From an uncultured Desulfovibrionaceae bacterium (GTDB lineage: Bacteria; Desulfobacterota; Desulfovibrionia; Desulfovibrionales; Desulfovibrionaceae), in the NCBI GenBank assembly GCA_964369505.1, contig CAYJGS010000001.1, positions 1,605-58,384 of the forward strand: a stretch of 56,780 bases of DNA, given 5' to 3'. Below are positions 34,321 through 43,742 of the stretch, in pieces. The first letter of the stretch is position 1. Each line of letters opens with the position of its first letter. Below the pieces are notes generated by a model. It made no database searches, was not told the DNA's origin, and saw only the letters and a program-made list of their open reading frames with translations. The translations under genes and the position numbers were made by a program.

Positions 34321-37300
34321 ATGAAAAAAACATATGCTCCGATTAAAAAAATACTTGATTGGATGTCGTATATTTCTGATAAATTAGGTTTTGGTTTGCG
34401 TGCCAAACTTATTTTGCTTTTTGTAGTTATTAAAGTTGTTCCTCTTATTCTTATAGCTCTTGTTGCATGGTATCAAGCCGTTGAACTTGGCAATGAAATG
34501 CGCTCGCGTACAGAAAATATAGCTGACCGTGCTGTAGAAGAATTAAGTGATGCTGGTGCCTTGGCAGTTGCCGATGCTGTAAAAGCTCTTGACGATAGAG
34601 CCACTGACGAAATAGAGCGCATGACCACCGACGCCGCCCAAAACTTAGCCACATTTTTATACGCTCGCGATGATGATTTGCGCTTTTTATCCACGCTCGA
34701 ACCCAGCGAAAAAATATTCAAAAATTTCCTTGCGTCCAAAACAGGGCTTCTTGTTAAACCGCGTGAATGGGTGCTGGCTGAAGACGGCAAATCTTGGGTT
34801 CCTGCTACAGAATATGTAAAATCCCCTACAATTACTTTGCGTAACGAGCAAAATAAAACAAGTTTTCAATCTCGCCCGCCTGATAATTTTATATACGAAT
34901 CTGTTCCCCTATACTTAGAAGCCACATATATAGACCTTAAAGGGCAAGAAATACTCAAAGTAACTTCTTCTGATTTAATGGATCCGAGCCTTAAAAATGT
35001 GGCAGACAGAAAAAATACATTTTGTAAGGCGGAAGGGTATTTTTCCGAATTACAAAAGCTTAAAACTGGTGAAATATACGTGTCTGATGTCATAGGCGAA
35101 TATGTTGGTTCATCTATAATAGGTATGTACACGCCTGAAAATGCCCAAAAAAAAGGCATTTCTTTTGAGCCAGAAAAAGCTGCCTATGTGGGAGATGAAA
35201 ATCCCAATGGTAAACGTTTTAAGGGCTTAGTGCGCTTTGCCATGCCGGTGGAAAAAAATGGTGAGAAAGTTGGCTATATTACCATAGCTCTTAATCACGA
35301 TCATATTATGAGCAAAGTTGAACATATTGCGCCAGACAAAAAGCGCTATGCAGACATTTCCAGTGCCGCTCATGGAAATTACGCATTTATATGGGATCAT
35401 GAAGGGCGCAGTATTTTTCATCCTCGTCACCATTCTATTGCTGGATATAATGCCGAAACCGGCCAATTGCAGCCGACTTTTCTTGATGATGTTACCTATA
35501 AAAAGTGGCAAGAAAGCGGTTTAAGCTATACAGATTTTATCAAAAATGAACCCCAATTTAGCAATCAAAGCCGTGAGAGAAGACCCGCTCTTGATGCCAT
35601 AAAAAATGGTATGATAGGTCTTGATTGTCGCTATTTGAATTTTGCCCCGCAGTGTACAGGTTGGTATAATTTAGCTCAAGACGGCGGTTCTGGATCATTT
35701 TTAATATTGTGGAGCGGCCTTTGGAAGCTCACCACAGTGTCGGCTATACCATACTATACAGGGCAATATGGAAAAAAACTTGTTGGTTTTGGTATACTCA
35801 CCATGACCATGGACATTAATGATTTCCACAGTCCAGCTTTAGAAACGCAAAAAAATATTCAACGGCTTATAGAAGAAACTGATGAGGAACTCTCTAATAT
35901 TTCAAGGCAAACCTTTGCCTCCATTGCTAATAATTTATGGAATACAGCCACAAGCCTTTCGGTATCCACTCTTTTAATGACTCTTTTGGTTGTGCTTGTG
36001 GCCATTTGGATGGCTTCTGCTCTCACAAAAAATATCACACAACTTATCCAAGGTATCTCACAATTTAGTGCAGGTTATCGTAGATATAGGTTTAATATTC
36101 CAAGAAATGACGAATTTGGGGTTTTGTGCAATTCTTTGGATGAACTGTTTAATAGCATTGTGAATAGTACAAAATCACCCATGACCATCACCGATCTTGA
36201 CCAAAAAATATTGTATATGAATAGGTTAGCTCTGGAAATTTTGGACAAGACTTTTGCAGCGGTAAAAGGAAAGTATTATCCTGAATTGACTATTTTTGGT
36301 GAAGGAAGTGGACCCATACCTTTGTTTTTAGCCAACGAGCCTTCTTCTATCAGCTATCACGTGGGTACAAAGCGCTATTATAAAAGTAGAGTTTCGTATT
36401 TGGTAGATAAAAAAGGGGATAATATCGGTTATATCATCGAAGCAGAAGATGTAACGCAGCTTATTGCCGAGCAAGACCGCATTGAAAGAGAAAGAGTTAT
36501 ATTAGATATGGTGCTTTCGGCATCACCGGATATGATTTGGTATAAATCTGTAGAAGGTATTTATCTTGCGGTAAATCCACGCTTTGCCAGTATGATAGGC
36601 CTTAGCCCCGAAGAAATACAAGGCAGACACGATAAAGAATTACTTTCAGAATCCCTTTATGCCATTAGTCAAGAATGCATGGGGCCACTGCTTAATGAAG
36701 GTGCACCCACATATACAGAAAGCCGCGTAAGCTTTGCCGATGGGCACGAAGAAATATTAGACATTGTGCGCACGCCAATTTTTGGGCCCGATGGTAATGT
36801 TCGGGGTATTCTTGGGGTGGGGCGTGATGTTTCTTTGCGCGTAAATGTAGAAAGTGAATTACGTCAGACACAGCGCGATCTTATGAAAGCTGTGACCGAA
36901 GCCAATGAAGCCAGCAAATCAAAAAGCGAATTCTTGGCCCGCATGAGCCATGAAATCCGCACACCCATGAATGCTATTATTGGCATGACCAACATTACAA
37001 AACGCATACTTACCGAAGAAAAATGCTCCAAAGAAGTCTTGTTGCCCAAAGTTTTGCAAATTGAATCTTCTTCTATACATTTGCTTGGTTTGCTCAATGA
37101 TATTCTTGATATTTCAAAAATCGAAGCCGGTAAAATTGAGCTTAGCGAAGAAAGTTTTGACCTGCCCAAATTGGTTAACGATGTGGCTTCTATCATCGCG
37201 CCGCGTTGTGACAGCAAAAATATTGCTTTTACTATAAATGTAGAGGGTTTTGATTGTAAGCATTTTATTACAGACGTACTGCGTTTGCGCCAAATCCTCA

Positions 37301-38058
37301 TTAATCTTTTAGGCAATGCCGTAAAGTTTACCCCGGAACTGGGCTCTATCACCTTCCATGTTGCTTTAAAAGAGCGCAAAGAGGGTAGGGTGTGTATATT
37401 CTTTTCTGTGGCTGATTCTGGTATAGGCATAGCTCCAGAAAGACTCAAAAATCTCTTTGCGCCCTTTGAACAAGGTGGCGGACATATTACGCGTATGTAC
37501 GGCGGCACAGGCCTTGGTCTTTCCATCAGCAGAAGCATTGCCAGACTGCTTGGCAGTGAAATAGAAGTGATAAGTGAAGAAAATAAAGGCAGCGAATTCT
37601 TTTTCTCTCTTTGGATAGAAGAAGATACCAGCATAGCAAATGTCGAAGATCATAATGATAACACAAGCATTACACCCGGAAAACGCGTTTTACTTGTGGA
37701 TGATGTAGATATTAACCGCATAATTGCCATGGAACTTTTAGCGCCCTTTGATCTGATTATAGACGAAGCAGGCGATGGCACTGAAGCTGTACAGATATTT
37801 GAAAAATCTGCGCATAATTACTACGATTTGGTGCTTATGGATATTCAAATGCCCAAAATGAATGGTTATGAAGCCACAAAGGCTTTGCGCGCCCTAGATA
37901 GAAGCGATGTCAAAACAATCCCCATAGTGGCCATGACTGCCAATGCCTTTAAAGAAGATATAGATATGGCTTTTGCCAGTGGTATGAATGGACATGTTGC
38001 TAAGCCCATCGAAATGGATAAGCTTGTAGATGTGTTAAAGAAATATTTGGGGAAATAG
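34321..38058 (+). CDS. Hybrid sensor histidine kinase/response regulator (TM, Cache-like, TM, HAMP, PAS x2, HisKA, HATPase, REC)
   Basis: The H-box is SHEIRTPMNAIIGM. The N and G boxes are LINLLGNAVKFT and DSGIGI...GTGLGLSI. The receiver domain has LLVDDVDINR...DLVLMDIQMPKMNG...K. I preferred the ATG at 34321, and a GTG at 34312 is possible. Confidence 0.9.
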   Translation: MKKTYAPIKKILDWMSYISDKLGFGLRAKLILLFVVIKVVPLILIALVAWYQAVELGNEMRSRTENIADRAVEELSDAGALAVADAVKALDDRATDEIERMTTDAAQNLATFLYARDDDLRFLSTLEPSEKIFKNFLASKTGLLVKPREWVLAEDGKSWVPATEYVKSPTITLRNEQNKTSFQSRPPDNFIYESVPLYLEATYIDLKGQEILKVTSSDLMDPSLKNVADRKNTFCKAEGYFSELQKLKTGEIYVSDVIGEYVGSSIIGMYTPENAQKKGISFEPEKAAYVGDENPNGKRFKGLVRFAMPVEKNGEKVGYITIALNHDHIMSKVEHIAPDKKRYADISSAAHGNYAFIWDHEGRSIFHPRHHSIAGYNAETGQLQPTFLDDVTYKKWQESGLSYTDFIKNEPQFSNQSRERRPALDAIKNGMIGLDCRYLNFAPQCTGWYNLAQDGGSGSFLILWSGLWKLTTVSAIPYYTGQYGKKLVGFGILTMTMDINDFHSPALETQKNIQRLIEETDEELSNISRQTFASIANNLWNTATSLSVSTLLMTLLVVLVAIWMASALTKNITQLIQGISQFSAGYRRYRFNIPRNDEFGVLCNSLDELFNSIVNSTKSPMTITDLDQKILYMNRLALEILDKTFAAVKGKYYPELTIFGEGSGPIPLFLANEPSSISYHVGTKRYYKSRVSYLVDKKGDNIGYIIEAEDVTQLIAEQDRIERERVILDMVLSASPDMIWYKSVEGIYLAVNPRFASMIGLSPEEIQGRHDKELLSESLYAISQECMGPLLNEGAPTYTESRVSFADGHEEILDIVRTPIFGPDGNVRGILGVGRDVSLRVNVESELRQTQRDLMKAVTEANEASKSKSEFLARMSHEIRTPMNAIIGMTNITKRILTEEKCSKEVLLPKVLQIESSSIHLLGLLNDILDISKIEAGKIELSEESFDLPKLVNDVASIIAPRCDSKNIAFTINVEGFDCKHFITDVLRLRQILINLLGNAVKFTPELGSITFHVALKERKEGRVCIFFSVADSGIGIAPERLKNLFAPFEQGGGHITRMYGGTGLGLSISRSIARLLGSEIEVISEENKGSEFFFSLWIEEDTSIANVEDHNDNTSITPGKRVLLVDDVDINRIIAMELLAPFDLIIDEAGDGTEAVQIFEKSAHNYYDLVLMDIQMPKMNGYEATKALRALDRSDVKTIPIVAMTANAFKEDIDMAFASGMNGHVAKPIEMDKLVDVLKKYLGK

Positions 38059-38089
38059 CAATCACACAAATGATGCTTTAGCACAGCAG

Positions 38090-38347
38090 TTATCTGCGCT
38101 TGGCAACGCCAGAAGCCTTGGTCACTTTTGTTCCTGCATATGTAAAGCTGCCCTTTACCATGCCCAAAAAAGTTTCTTTATCAATGGCAATAACTTTACC
38201 GCAAAGGCACCAAACTTTGCCATGGCGCTCATGCACGTCGTACATTTTACTTATACGTGTTTTATGGCAACGCAAAACTTCGCCTTGCCCCAGTTTTTCA
38301 TATTTCCAAAGTTTACGACGACATGCCGCACATTTTATTGTAAGCAT
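38090..38347 (-). CDS. Small Cys-containing (zinc-ribbon-like) hypothetical protein
   Basis: The ORF is 85 aa. It has a CAAC pair plus C...CLC in a basic protein. No family was recognised. Confidence 0.45.
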   Translation of the reverse strand: MLTIKCAACRRKLWKYEKLGQGEVLRCHKTRISKMYDVHERHGKVWCLCGKVIAIDKETFLGMVKGSFTYAGTKVTKASGVAKRR

Positions 38348-38384
38348 ACATATACCTTATCCGAATATTTTAGCAAAATCACAG

Positions 38385-38422
38385 CAGTTAAGGAAACACT
38401 GATTAAATCGTGTTTCCTTAAT
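38385..38422 (+). repeat. Hairpin direct repeat, left copy (flanks repeat element copy B)
   Basis: The sequence is cagttaaggaaacactgattaaatcgtgtttccttaat. It has a 12-bp stem ttaaggaaacac/gtgtttccttaa. It is repeated at 38574-38612 with a compensatory a:t to g:c change. Confidence 0.8.
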
Positions 38423-38576
38423 CAATGAGATACAAACACCACTTCGTGGCGTTTGCGCCGCCGAAAGACAGCAAAGCTGTCTTTGCGGAAAGGCACAAAA
38501 ATCAATCACTTAACGGACAAGCAAAGCTCGTCCTATTCTTGATTTTTGGTCGCATTGACTATCGTCAACGCTCCAG
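38423..38576 (+). repeat. Multi-hairpin intergenic repeat element, copy B (subtype 2, full length)
   Basis: It shares the cores ccacttcgtgg, gtttgcgcc, gacag...ctgtc, ggaaaggcacaaaaatcaatc.cttaacgg and tattcttgattt with copies A and C. It is near-identical to copy D over its 3' two-thirds. Confidence 0.85.
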
Positions 38577-38612
38577 TTAAGGAAACGCCGATTAAATCAG
38601 CGTTTCCTTAAT
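38574..38612 (+). repeat. Hairpin direct repeat, right copy (flanks repeat element copy B)
   Basis: The sequence is cagttaaggaaacgccgattaaatcagcgtttccttaat, with stem ttaaggaaacgc/gcgtttccttaa. Confidence 0.8.
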
Positions 38613-38647
38613 AGCAAGAAGTTTCATACAATAACAAATCTTTTCTA

Positions 38648-39670
38648 TCAGCGAAAATCAACTTCAATAATACGTATTTCGCTACGTGTCCCAAACCTAT
38701 AGGGCATTTGCCAAGGCCCCACAATCTTCCAAAAGCCAACGCTCACACCAGATGTGACAATGGTGTGTAAATCTTCAATTTTTTTATGGCCATAAGCATT
38801 GGCAAATTTTGTTTTCAACAACAGATTATAGGGGAAAAATTGTCCGCCATGGGTGTGGGCAGAAAGCTGTATATCAGCCTTTAGCTCTAAGCTTTCAGGT
38901 ATACTTTGTGGATTGTGGTCTAGAACAATAATCGGCATATCAGGGGAAATGCTGTATTCTTGGTATAATTCTTCTAAAGTTTTTCTTTTTCCCTGTACAT
39001 AATCTCTTCTAACATCATCTCTGGCAATAAATTGTATACCGTTTAATGTTAAAACGGTATCGCGCAAAGTTGTAATACCTAATGTTGAAAGATATTTAAT
39101 GTTTTCTTCAATGTCATTCCCATAATATTCGTGATTCCCCAATATGGTGTATATGCCTTGCGGGGCTTTTATGTTTGCAAACACCTGTACATAATCATCT
39201 TTTATTTTTGTGTGACTATTTTGTAAGATATCACCACCAAAAAATACTATATCTGGCTTTTGCGCATTTATCTTTTCAACCATATCTTCAAACAAGCTTT
39301 TGTTCGACGTTGTTGTGAGGTGCAAATCTGCAATAAAGGCTATTTTAATGTTTTTTATGTCTGATTTTTTATTAAGCGTTATCTTAGTGTGCGCTATTGT
39401 TGCATTTCTGTAATTATAATAGCCAACACTGCCCACAAAAATTAAAGCAAGGGGAATAATTATACATAATGCTTTTTTGGGCAGAGGGAAAATGCAATAA
39501 TGTACCAAAAAAAGTACGATGGAGATCATAAGAAAATAATGCACATAATATATGTAATTTCCAAGGAAAATACCATAAAAGTCATTTTCGATGACAAAGT
39601 TTTTTCTTAATTTAGCCAAAGGATAAATGCAAAAAAACATAATAATGCTGTATAGTAATAGTTTTATCAT
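38648..39670 (-). CDS. Membrane-anchored calcineurin-like metallophosphoesterase (YaeI-like)
   Basis: The ORF is 340 aa with 3 N-terminal TM helices. The motifs are IADLH, GGDIL, GNHEYY and AHTHGGQ. Confidence 0.85.
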   Translation of the reverse strand: MIKLLLYSIIMFFCIYPLAKLRKNFVIENDFYGIFLGNYIYYVHYFLMISIVLFLVHYCIFPLPKKALCIIIPLALIFVGSVGYYNYRNATIAHTKITLNKKSDIKNIKIAFIADLHLTTTSNKSLFEDMVEKINAQKPDIVFFGGDILQNSHTKIKDDYVQVFANIKAPQGIYTILGNHEYYGNDIEENIKYLSTLGITTLRDTVLTLNGIQFIARDDVRRDYVQGKRKTLEELYQEYSISPDMPIIVLDHNPQSIPESLELKADIQLSAHTHGGQFFPYNLLLKTKFANAYGHKKIEDLHTIVTSGVSVGFWKIVGPWQMPYRFGTRSEIRIIEVDFR

Positions 39671-39780
39671 TCTAAACCTTATGAAAAAATGTTGTAATTG
39701 ATGTATGAAATATGGGCTTGGTTTGTGATTACAGCAAGTGGGAATGAAGAATACTCTGGGGTAAGGCTTGTATGGTGACT

Positions 39781-39811
39781 CTCATTGCGCCACAGTTAGT
39801 GGCGCAATGAG
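39781..39811. repeat. Perfect 13-bp inverted repeat (ctcattgcgccac-agtta-gtggcgcaatgag)
   Basis: I read it directly. It lies in the 171-bp spacer between the permease stop (39842) and the phosphoesterase start (39670). The U-run is on the wrong side for a minus-strand terminator. Confidence 0.7.
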
Positions 39812-39841
39812 AAAAAAAGCAATGTTTTAATGTGGCAATTC

Positions 39842-41143
39842 TTAGCCTACTATCAGCTTCCAAGCAAATAGCGCTGCTAAAGCAACAGAAAGCACGGATA
39901 TTTTTTTCATTTGCCCCGTTACTAAGCAAAGAAAAACATGCGCAACCATTCCCCACATAATGCCCGCAGCTATGCTATAAGCAAGCGGCATCATAAGAAT
40001 TGTCAAGAAGGCGGGAATAGCTACCACATAGTCAGAAAAATCTATATCTACCACAGAAGCCATCATAAAAAGCCCCACTATAACAAGCACAGGAGCTGTG
40101 GCCGAAGCCGGAACCAATAAAAATAGGGGAGCGAATAATAAAGAAATGGCAAATAGCACCGCAACGGTTAAGGCCGTCATACCCGTTCTGCCGCCTTCAG
40201 CTACTCCACTGGCGCTTTCCACATAGCTTGTAACTGTGCTTGTGCCAAGTACAGCACCAAGGGTTGTGCCTATGGCATCAGCCATTAAGGCGCGCTTAGC
40301 ACGGGGCACTTTGCCGTCTTTTGTTAAAAAACCACCGGTGGAGCACACGCCGATGAGCGTTCCAAGGGTATCGAATAAATCAACAAATAAAAACGTGACC
40401 ACTACAACCAGCATGTCTAATGTGAAAATATTATTCCACTCAAATTGCATAAAAGTGGGGGCTATGGAAGGAACGCTCAAAAGTTGGCTAGTGTCGAAAT
40501 TGGCTAAATTTGTAACACCAAGCGGAATGCCCACAAGGGTTGCCACAACTATGCCCAAGAGCAAAGCACCCTTTACCTTAAAGCACAAGCAAAGCCCAAT
40601 GACAGCAAGGCCAATCATGGCCACAATACCTGTGGGAGAACCCAAAGGAGCAATGGCCACAAGTGTTGCAGGATTATCCACAACAATCCCGGCACTTTTT
40701 AAGCCGATAAATGCAATAAAAAGTCCAATACCTGCCGATATGGCTTGTTTTAAAGAAAGGGGAATGCTTTCAAGTATAGCTTCGCGCAGATTGGTGAGCG
40801 TTAAGAGGATAAATATAATACCTTCAATAAATACGGCTGTAAGTGCGAATTGCCAGCTATATCCCATGCCCATAACAACGCTAAAGGCAAAAAAGGCATT
40901 GAGCCCCATGCCCGGAGCCAGTCCCACAGGCAAGTTGGCTAAAAAAGCCATAATGAGTGTTGCCACAGAGGCGCTGATGGCTGTGGCGGCAAAAACAGAA
41001 GCGCTGTCCATGCCCACTTGTGATAAAATGCTAGGATTTACGGCCAAAATATAGGCCATAGTCATAAATGTTGTGATGCCTGCTAAAATCTCTGTGCGCA
41101 GGTTGCTACCGCTTTTTGCTATGGCAAAATATTTTTCCCACAT
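39842..41143 (-). CDS. NCS2-family purine (adenine/guanine/hypoxanthine) permease, AzgA/PbuG-like
   Basis: The ORF is 433 aa. The N-terminus FAIAKSGSNLRTEILAGITTFMTMAYILAVNP is characteristic of the AzgA clade. It has about 12-13 TM helices. Confidence 0.85.
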   Translation of the reverse strand: MWEKYFAIAKSGSNLRTEILAGITTFMTMAYILAVNPSILSQVGMDSASVFAATAISASVATLIMAFLANLPVGLAPGMGLNAFFAFSVVMGMGYSWQFALTAVFIEGIIFILLTLTNLREAILESIPLSLKQAISAGIGLFIAFIGLKSAGIVVDNPATLVAIAPLGSPTGIVAMIGLAVIGLCLCFKVKGALLLGIVVATLVGIPLGVTNLANFDTSQLLSVPSIAPTFMQFEWNNIFTLDMLVVVVTFLFVDLFDTLGTLIGVCSTGGFLTKDGKVPRAKRALMADAIGTTLGAVLGTSTVTSYVESASGVAEGGRTGMTALTVAVLFAISLLFAPLFLLVPASATAPVLVIVGLFMMASVVDIDFSDYVVAIPAFLTILMMPLAYSIAAGIMWGMVAHVFLCLVTGQMKKISVLSVALAALFAWKLIVG

Positions 41144-41186
41144 GGATCACGCTCGTAATGTTATGAATAAAATAAAGTAAAAAATC

Positions 41187-41657
41187 CTAGCTTTCAAAGG
41201 ATACTTCAACTACAAATCTTCCTTCTGGCAATTCAAAGGGAAGTACAATTACAGGGGCAGAGCCCACATGATTAATTTCGTGGCTATCACCTTCTATAAA
41301 GGTAGGCGTGGAGCCGGAATATACAAAGTTTTTTTCTGCCAAGCGCCGCCTGGCATCACCGGAAATAATATTGGCAAGTTCGCCCACCATTTCCTTAGCA
41401 GCCACAAGACCATCGTCCACATCATCACCAAACATAACATCCACCACCACAAGAGCTGTTTTTTGGGGAAAACTTATGGCTATGCTGCCCTTATGTCCCG
41501 CAGTGTTTTCAACGGTAATAAAGGCAGTGGTGTGCCCTAAAGCTTTGTTATCTTTTTTATAATACGGTTCACAAGACTTGGGGCAAAGCTGCGCCATGGT
41601 TTTACAAACATGAACTGTGGCTTCAATAAAAGCCTGCATCAAAATTTTTGCATCCAT
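41187..41657 (-). CDS. cheX: CheX-like chemotaxis phosphatase-fold protein
   Basis: The ORF is 156 aa. The layout and the MVGELANIISGDARRRL helix resemble the GELGNMTAGK region of Thermotoga CheX. No other che genes are adjacent. Confidence 0.6.
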   Translation of the reverse strand: MDAKILMQAFIEATVHVCKTMAQLCPKSCEPYYKKDNKALGHTTAFITVENTAGHKGSIAISFPQKTALVVVDVMFGDDVDDGLVAAKEMVGELANIISGDARRRLAEKNFVYSGSTPTFIEGDSHEINHVGSAPVIVLPFELPEGRFVVEVSFES

Positions 41658-41766
41658 ATTTTATTCCTTACGATAAACAACAAGTTGTCTTGCTTGTATA
41701 AAAACACAAGCTCCATGTGTCAAGCTCTACATTAAAAAAACAACTGTTTTAAATTATTAATAAAGG

Positions 41767-42828
41767 CTATATTCCCTCTAAGCTGCCACTCTGGGCAAAG
41801 CGGTCAACAAGGCCAAAAACCAAGGAATTGCCACAAAAATTTCCTTTAGAAATATTATCCTTAAAAAATATAAGTTGCGACTCAAAATCTTGCAAAAGTT
41901 GGGGCGTAAGGCGTAGCATATTTGCTTGCATACCATAACCAAGCTTTTCCACATAATGAGCATTGAGCCTTTGTTCTACCATGGCCATTATGGGCAAGGT
42001 TAAAATGGGCTTTCCAAGATATAAAGATTCAGTCATAAGTGTGTGGCCGCCCCCTTGCACCACATACGAACAGCCCTCTAAAAGCTCTAAAAATTTTTGC
42101 TCGGATTTTTGCATAAAAATCACATTGCCTTCTTGGCCTTCTGTTCTATCATAACCAAATACATAACATTTTTTATCCGTAGCCTTGAGTAAAAAATCCA
42201 CCAAACCCCTATGTGTTGTATTGCTTTGATACACAAGCACATGCCCATCATCACGGGCTTTGCTCGCAATAACAGCGTCGCGCAAAATAGGCGGTACCAC
42301 ACGCGCTGCATATTTTTTTTGTACAGGGGGGGCATAAAAAGACACGATGAGGTTTTGCGCTGTGGGTTTAAAAAGGTAACGTGGAGTCAGGCCTTGTAAA
42401 AAATAGTCAAAGAGCATGTCTTTTGGCAAAGAATGTTCACAGCATGTGAGCACGTGCTGATGGTCCAAGGTCAAGCAAGGCAAGCCTGCCCTTTCTGCTG
42501 CGCGGGGCACAAAATATTCAAGGTCGGTCATGCATACATCAGGCTTAAAGCGCTCGATAATACGCAAAACTTCTTGTATATATTTTTCTCGTTGCCATAA
42601 AATGGGCAAAGCATTGGTGATAGTTGCAGGTATATCTACTTGATAACCTTTAAAAACAGTGCCTAAATTGGGTATTTTTTCCACAGGGAATTCTTGGCCA
42701 AAAATGCGCAAAGCATCGTCATTGGCCACAAAAAGAAATTCATGCTGCCCAAGTTTTCGCGCAATGGTTAGACCGCGCATGGCGTGGCCATGCCCTGTTC
42801 CGTGAATGCCATAGAGAATACGCGCCAT
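41767..42828 (-). CDS. GT-B glycosyltransferase of the MJ1255/MGT (UDP-glycosyltransferase-like) type
   Basis: The ORF is 353 aa. The N-terminus RILYGIHGTGHGHAMRGLTIARKL and the C-terminal VVQGGGHTLMTESLYLGKPILTLP are typical of that family. Confidence 0.7.
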   Translation of the reverse strand: MARILYGIHGTGHGHAMRGLTIARKLGQHEFLFVANDDALRIFGQEFPVEKIPNLGTVFKGYQVDIPATITNALPILWQREKYIQEVLRIIERFKPDVCMTDLEYFVPRAAERAGLPCLTLDHQHVLTCCEHSLPKDMLFDYFLQGLTPRYLFKPTAQNLIVSFYAPPVQKKYAARVVPPILRDAVIASKARDDGHVLVYQSNTTHRGLVDFLLKATDKKCYVFGYDRTEGQEGNVIFMQKSEQKFLELLEGCSYVVQGGGHTLMTESLYLGKPILTLPIMAMVEQRLNAHYVEKLGYGMQANMLRLTPQLLQDFESQLIFFKDNISKGNFCGNSLVFGLVDRFAQSGSLEGI

Positions 42829-43202
42829 AAGTACCTAGCATGTTATTAAAAATTAATGTTTTAGGGTGATTGAAATGCATACCCAATGCCCTGTTTTCTG
42901 CATACAAAAGCATAACAAAGAGCCTCTTTAAGGTCAATGCCCATACAGTAATCCAAAACCAAACTCCAATAAATACAGTATATTTTTAGCATCAGCACAG
43001 CATGTACGCAGTGCTCTTGATTGACATTATCTAAATGCGTATTACGTTCAATATTGCATAAGAAGATTGTTATGAACACGGCCATATTCCATATAAACTG
43101 CCGAGTTATATGGCTTTGATTTTACGATTTTTCATGCGCATAGGAGCATACCTAAAAGACGGTAACAGAGAGAACGCATTAAATTTTAACAAAGAAGTTA
43201 GT

Positions 43203-43568
43203 ATGTTAAAAAAAATAGACCATTTAGTTATAACCACCAGTCAGATTGAACCTTGTCTAAAGTTTTATAAAGCCTTGGGCTTTAATGCAAACTTTACTAA
43301 TAATAGGTATGAACTGCTTGCTCAAGATTTTAAAATAAATGTACATGTTATGGGTAGAGAACTTTCTCCGCATGCTAAAAATATTCAAACCGGCAGTGCA
43401 GATTTTTGCATTGAAGTGCAATGTATTGAAGATTTTAAGCAATGCCTTGAGCGTCAAGGCATAGAAATTGAACTAGGTATAGTTAACAGAACAGGAGTCA
43501 AGGGTAGTATGAAGTCAATATATTTGCGTGATCCAGATGGAAATTTATTGGAATTTTGCAGTTATTAA
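43203..43568 (+). CDS. VOC (glyoxalase/bleomycin-resistance/dioxygenase) family protein
   Basis: The protein is 121 aa from the internal ATG (MLKKIDHLVITT...IYLRDPDGNLLEF). The longer ORF-track start at 43110 has no support. Confidence 0.75.
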   Translation: MLKKIDHLVITTSQIEPCLKFYKALGFNANFTNNRYELLAQDFKINVHVMGRELSPHAKNIQTGSADFCIEVQCIEDFKQCLERQGIEIELGIVNRTGVKGSMKSIYLRDPDGNLLEFCSY

Positions 43569-43742
43569 TAAAACGCTTCCTTAGCAGCATAAAGCGATGT
43601 AAGGTTTGTCAAAAATATACCTTGCCTATATCTATTTTTTTTTGCATTATATTGCTCTGTTTTTTACAAGAGTTTTTCCTACAAAAATGAGAGCAATAAT
43701 CTTAGAAAAGCCGTTTTAAAAAACTGCTCAAACATAAGCAGA

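Noticed and set aside
36864-37634. Long antisense ORFs inside large genes: 36864-37634, 40236-41054, 52077-52715, 53132-53665, 26916-27356, 27376-27771, 31030-31539, 19776-20198 and 330-722
   Set aside because: Each lies fully within a well-supported gene on the opposite strand that has clear family motifs. Their translations are low-complexity or Cys/Ser/Arg-rich with no recognisable motifs and no RBS. This is the typical shadow-ORF pattern.
41144-41186. Purine riboswitch upstream of the NCS2 purine permease
   Set aside because: Only 43 nt separate the permease start from the cheX-like stop. That is too short for a purine aptamer plus expression platform, and no aptamer-like conserved loops were seen.
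42829-43202. AT-rich 370-bp spacer with two overlapping small ORFs (42740-42937 and 42861-43085)
   Set aside because: I found no RBS, no motifs and no repeat structure. It is most simply a divergent promoter region between the glycosyltransferase and VOC genes.
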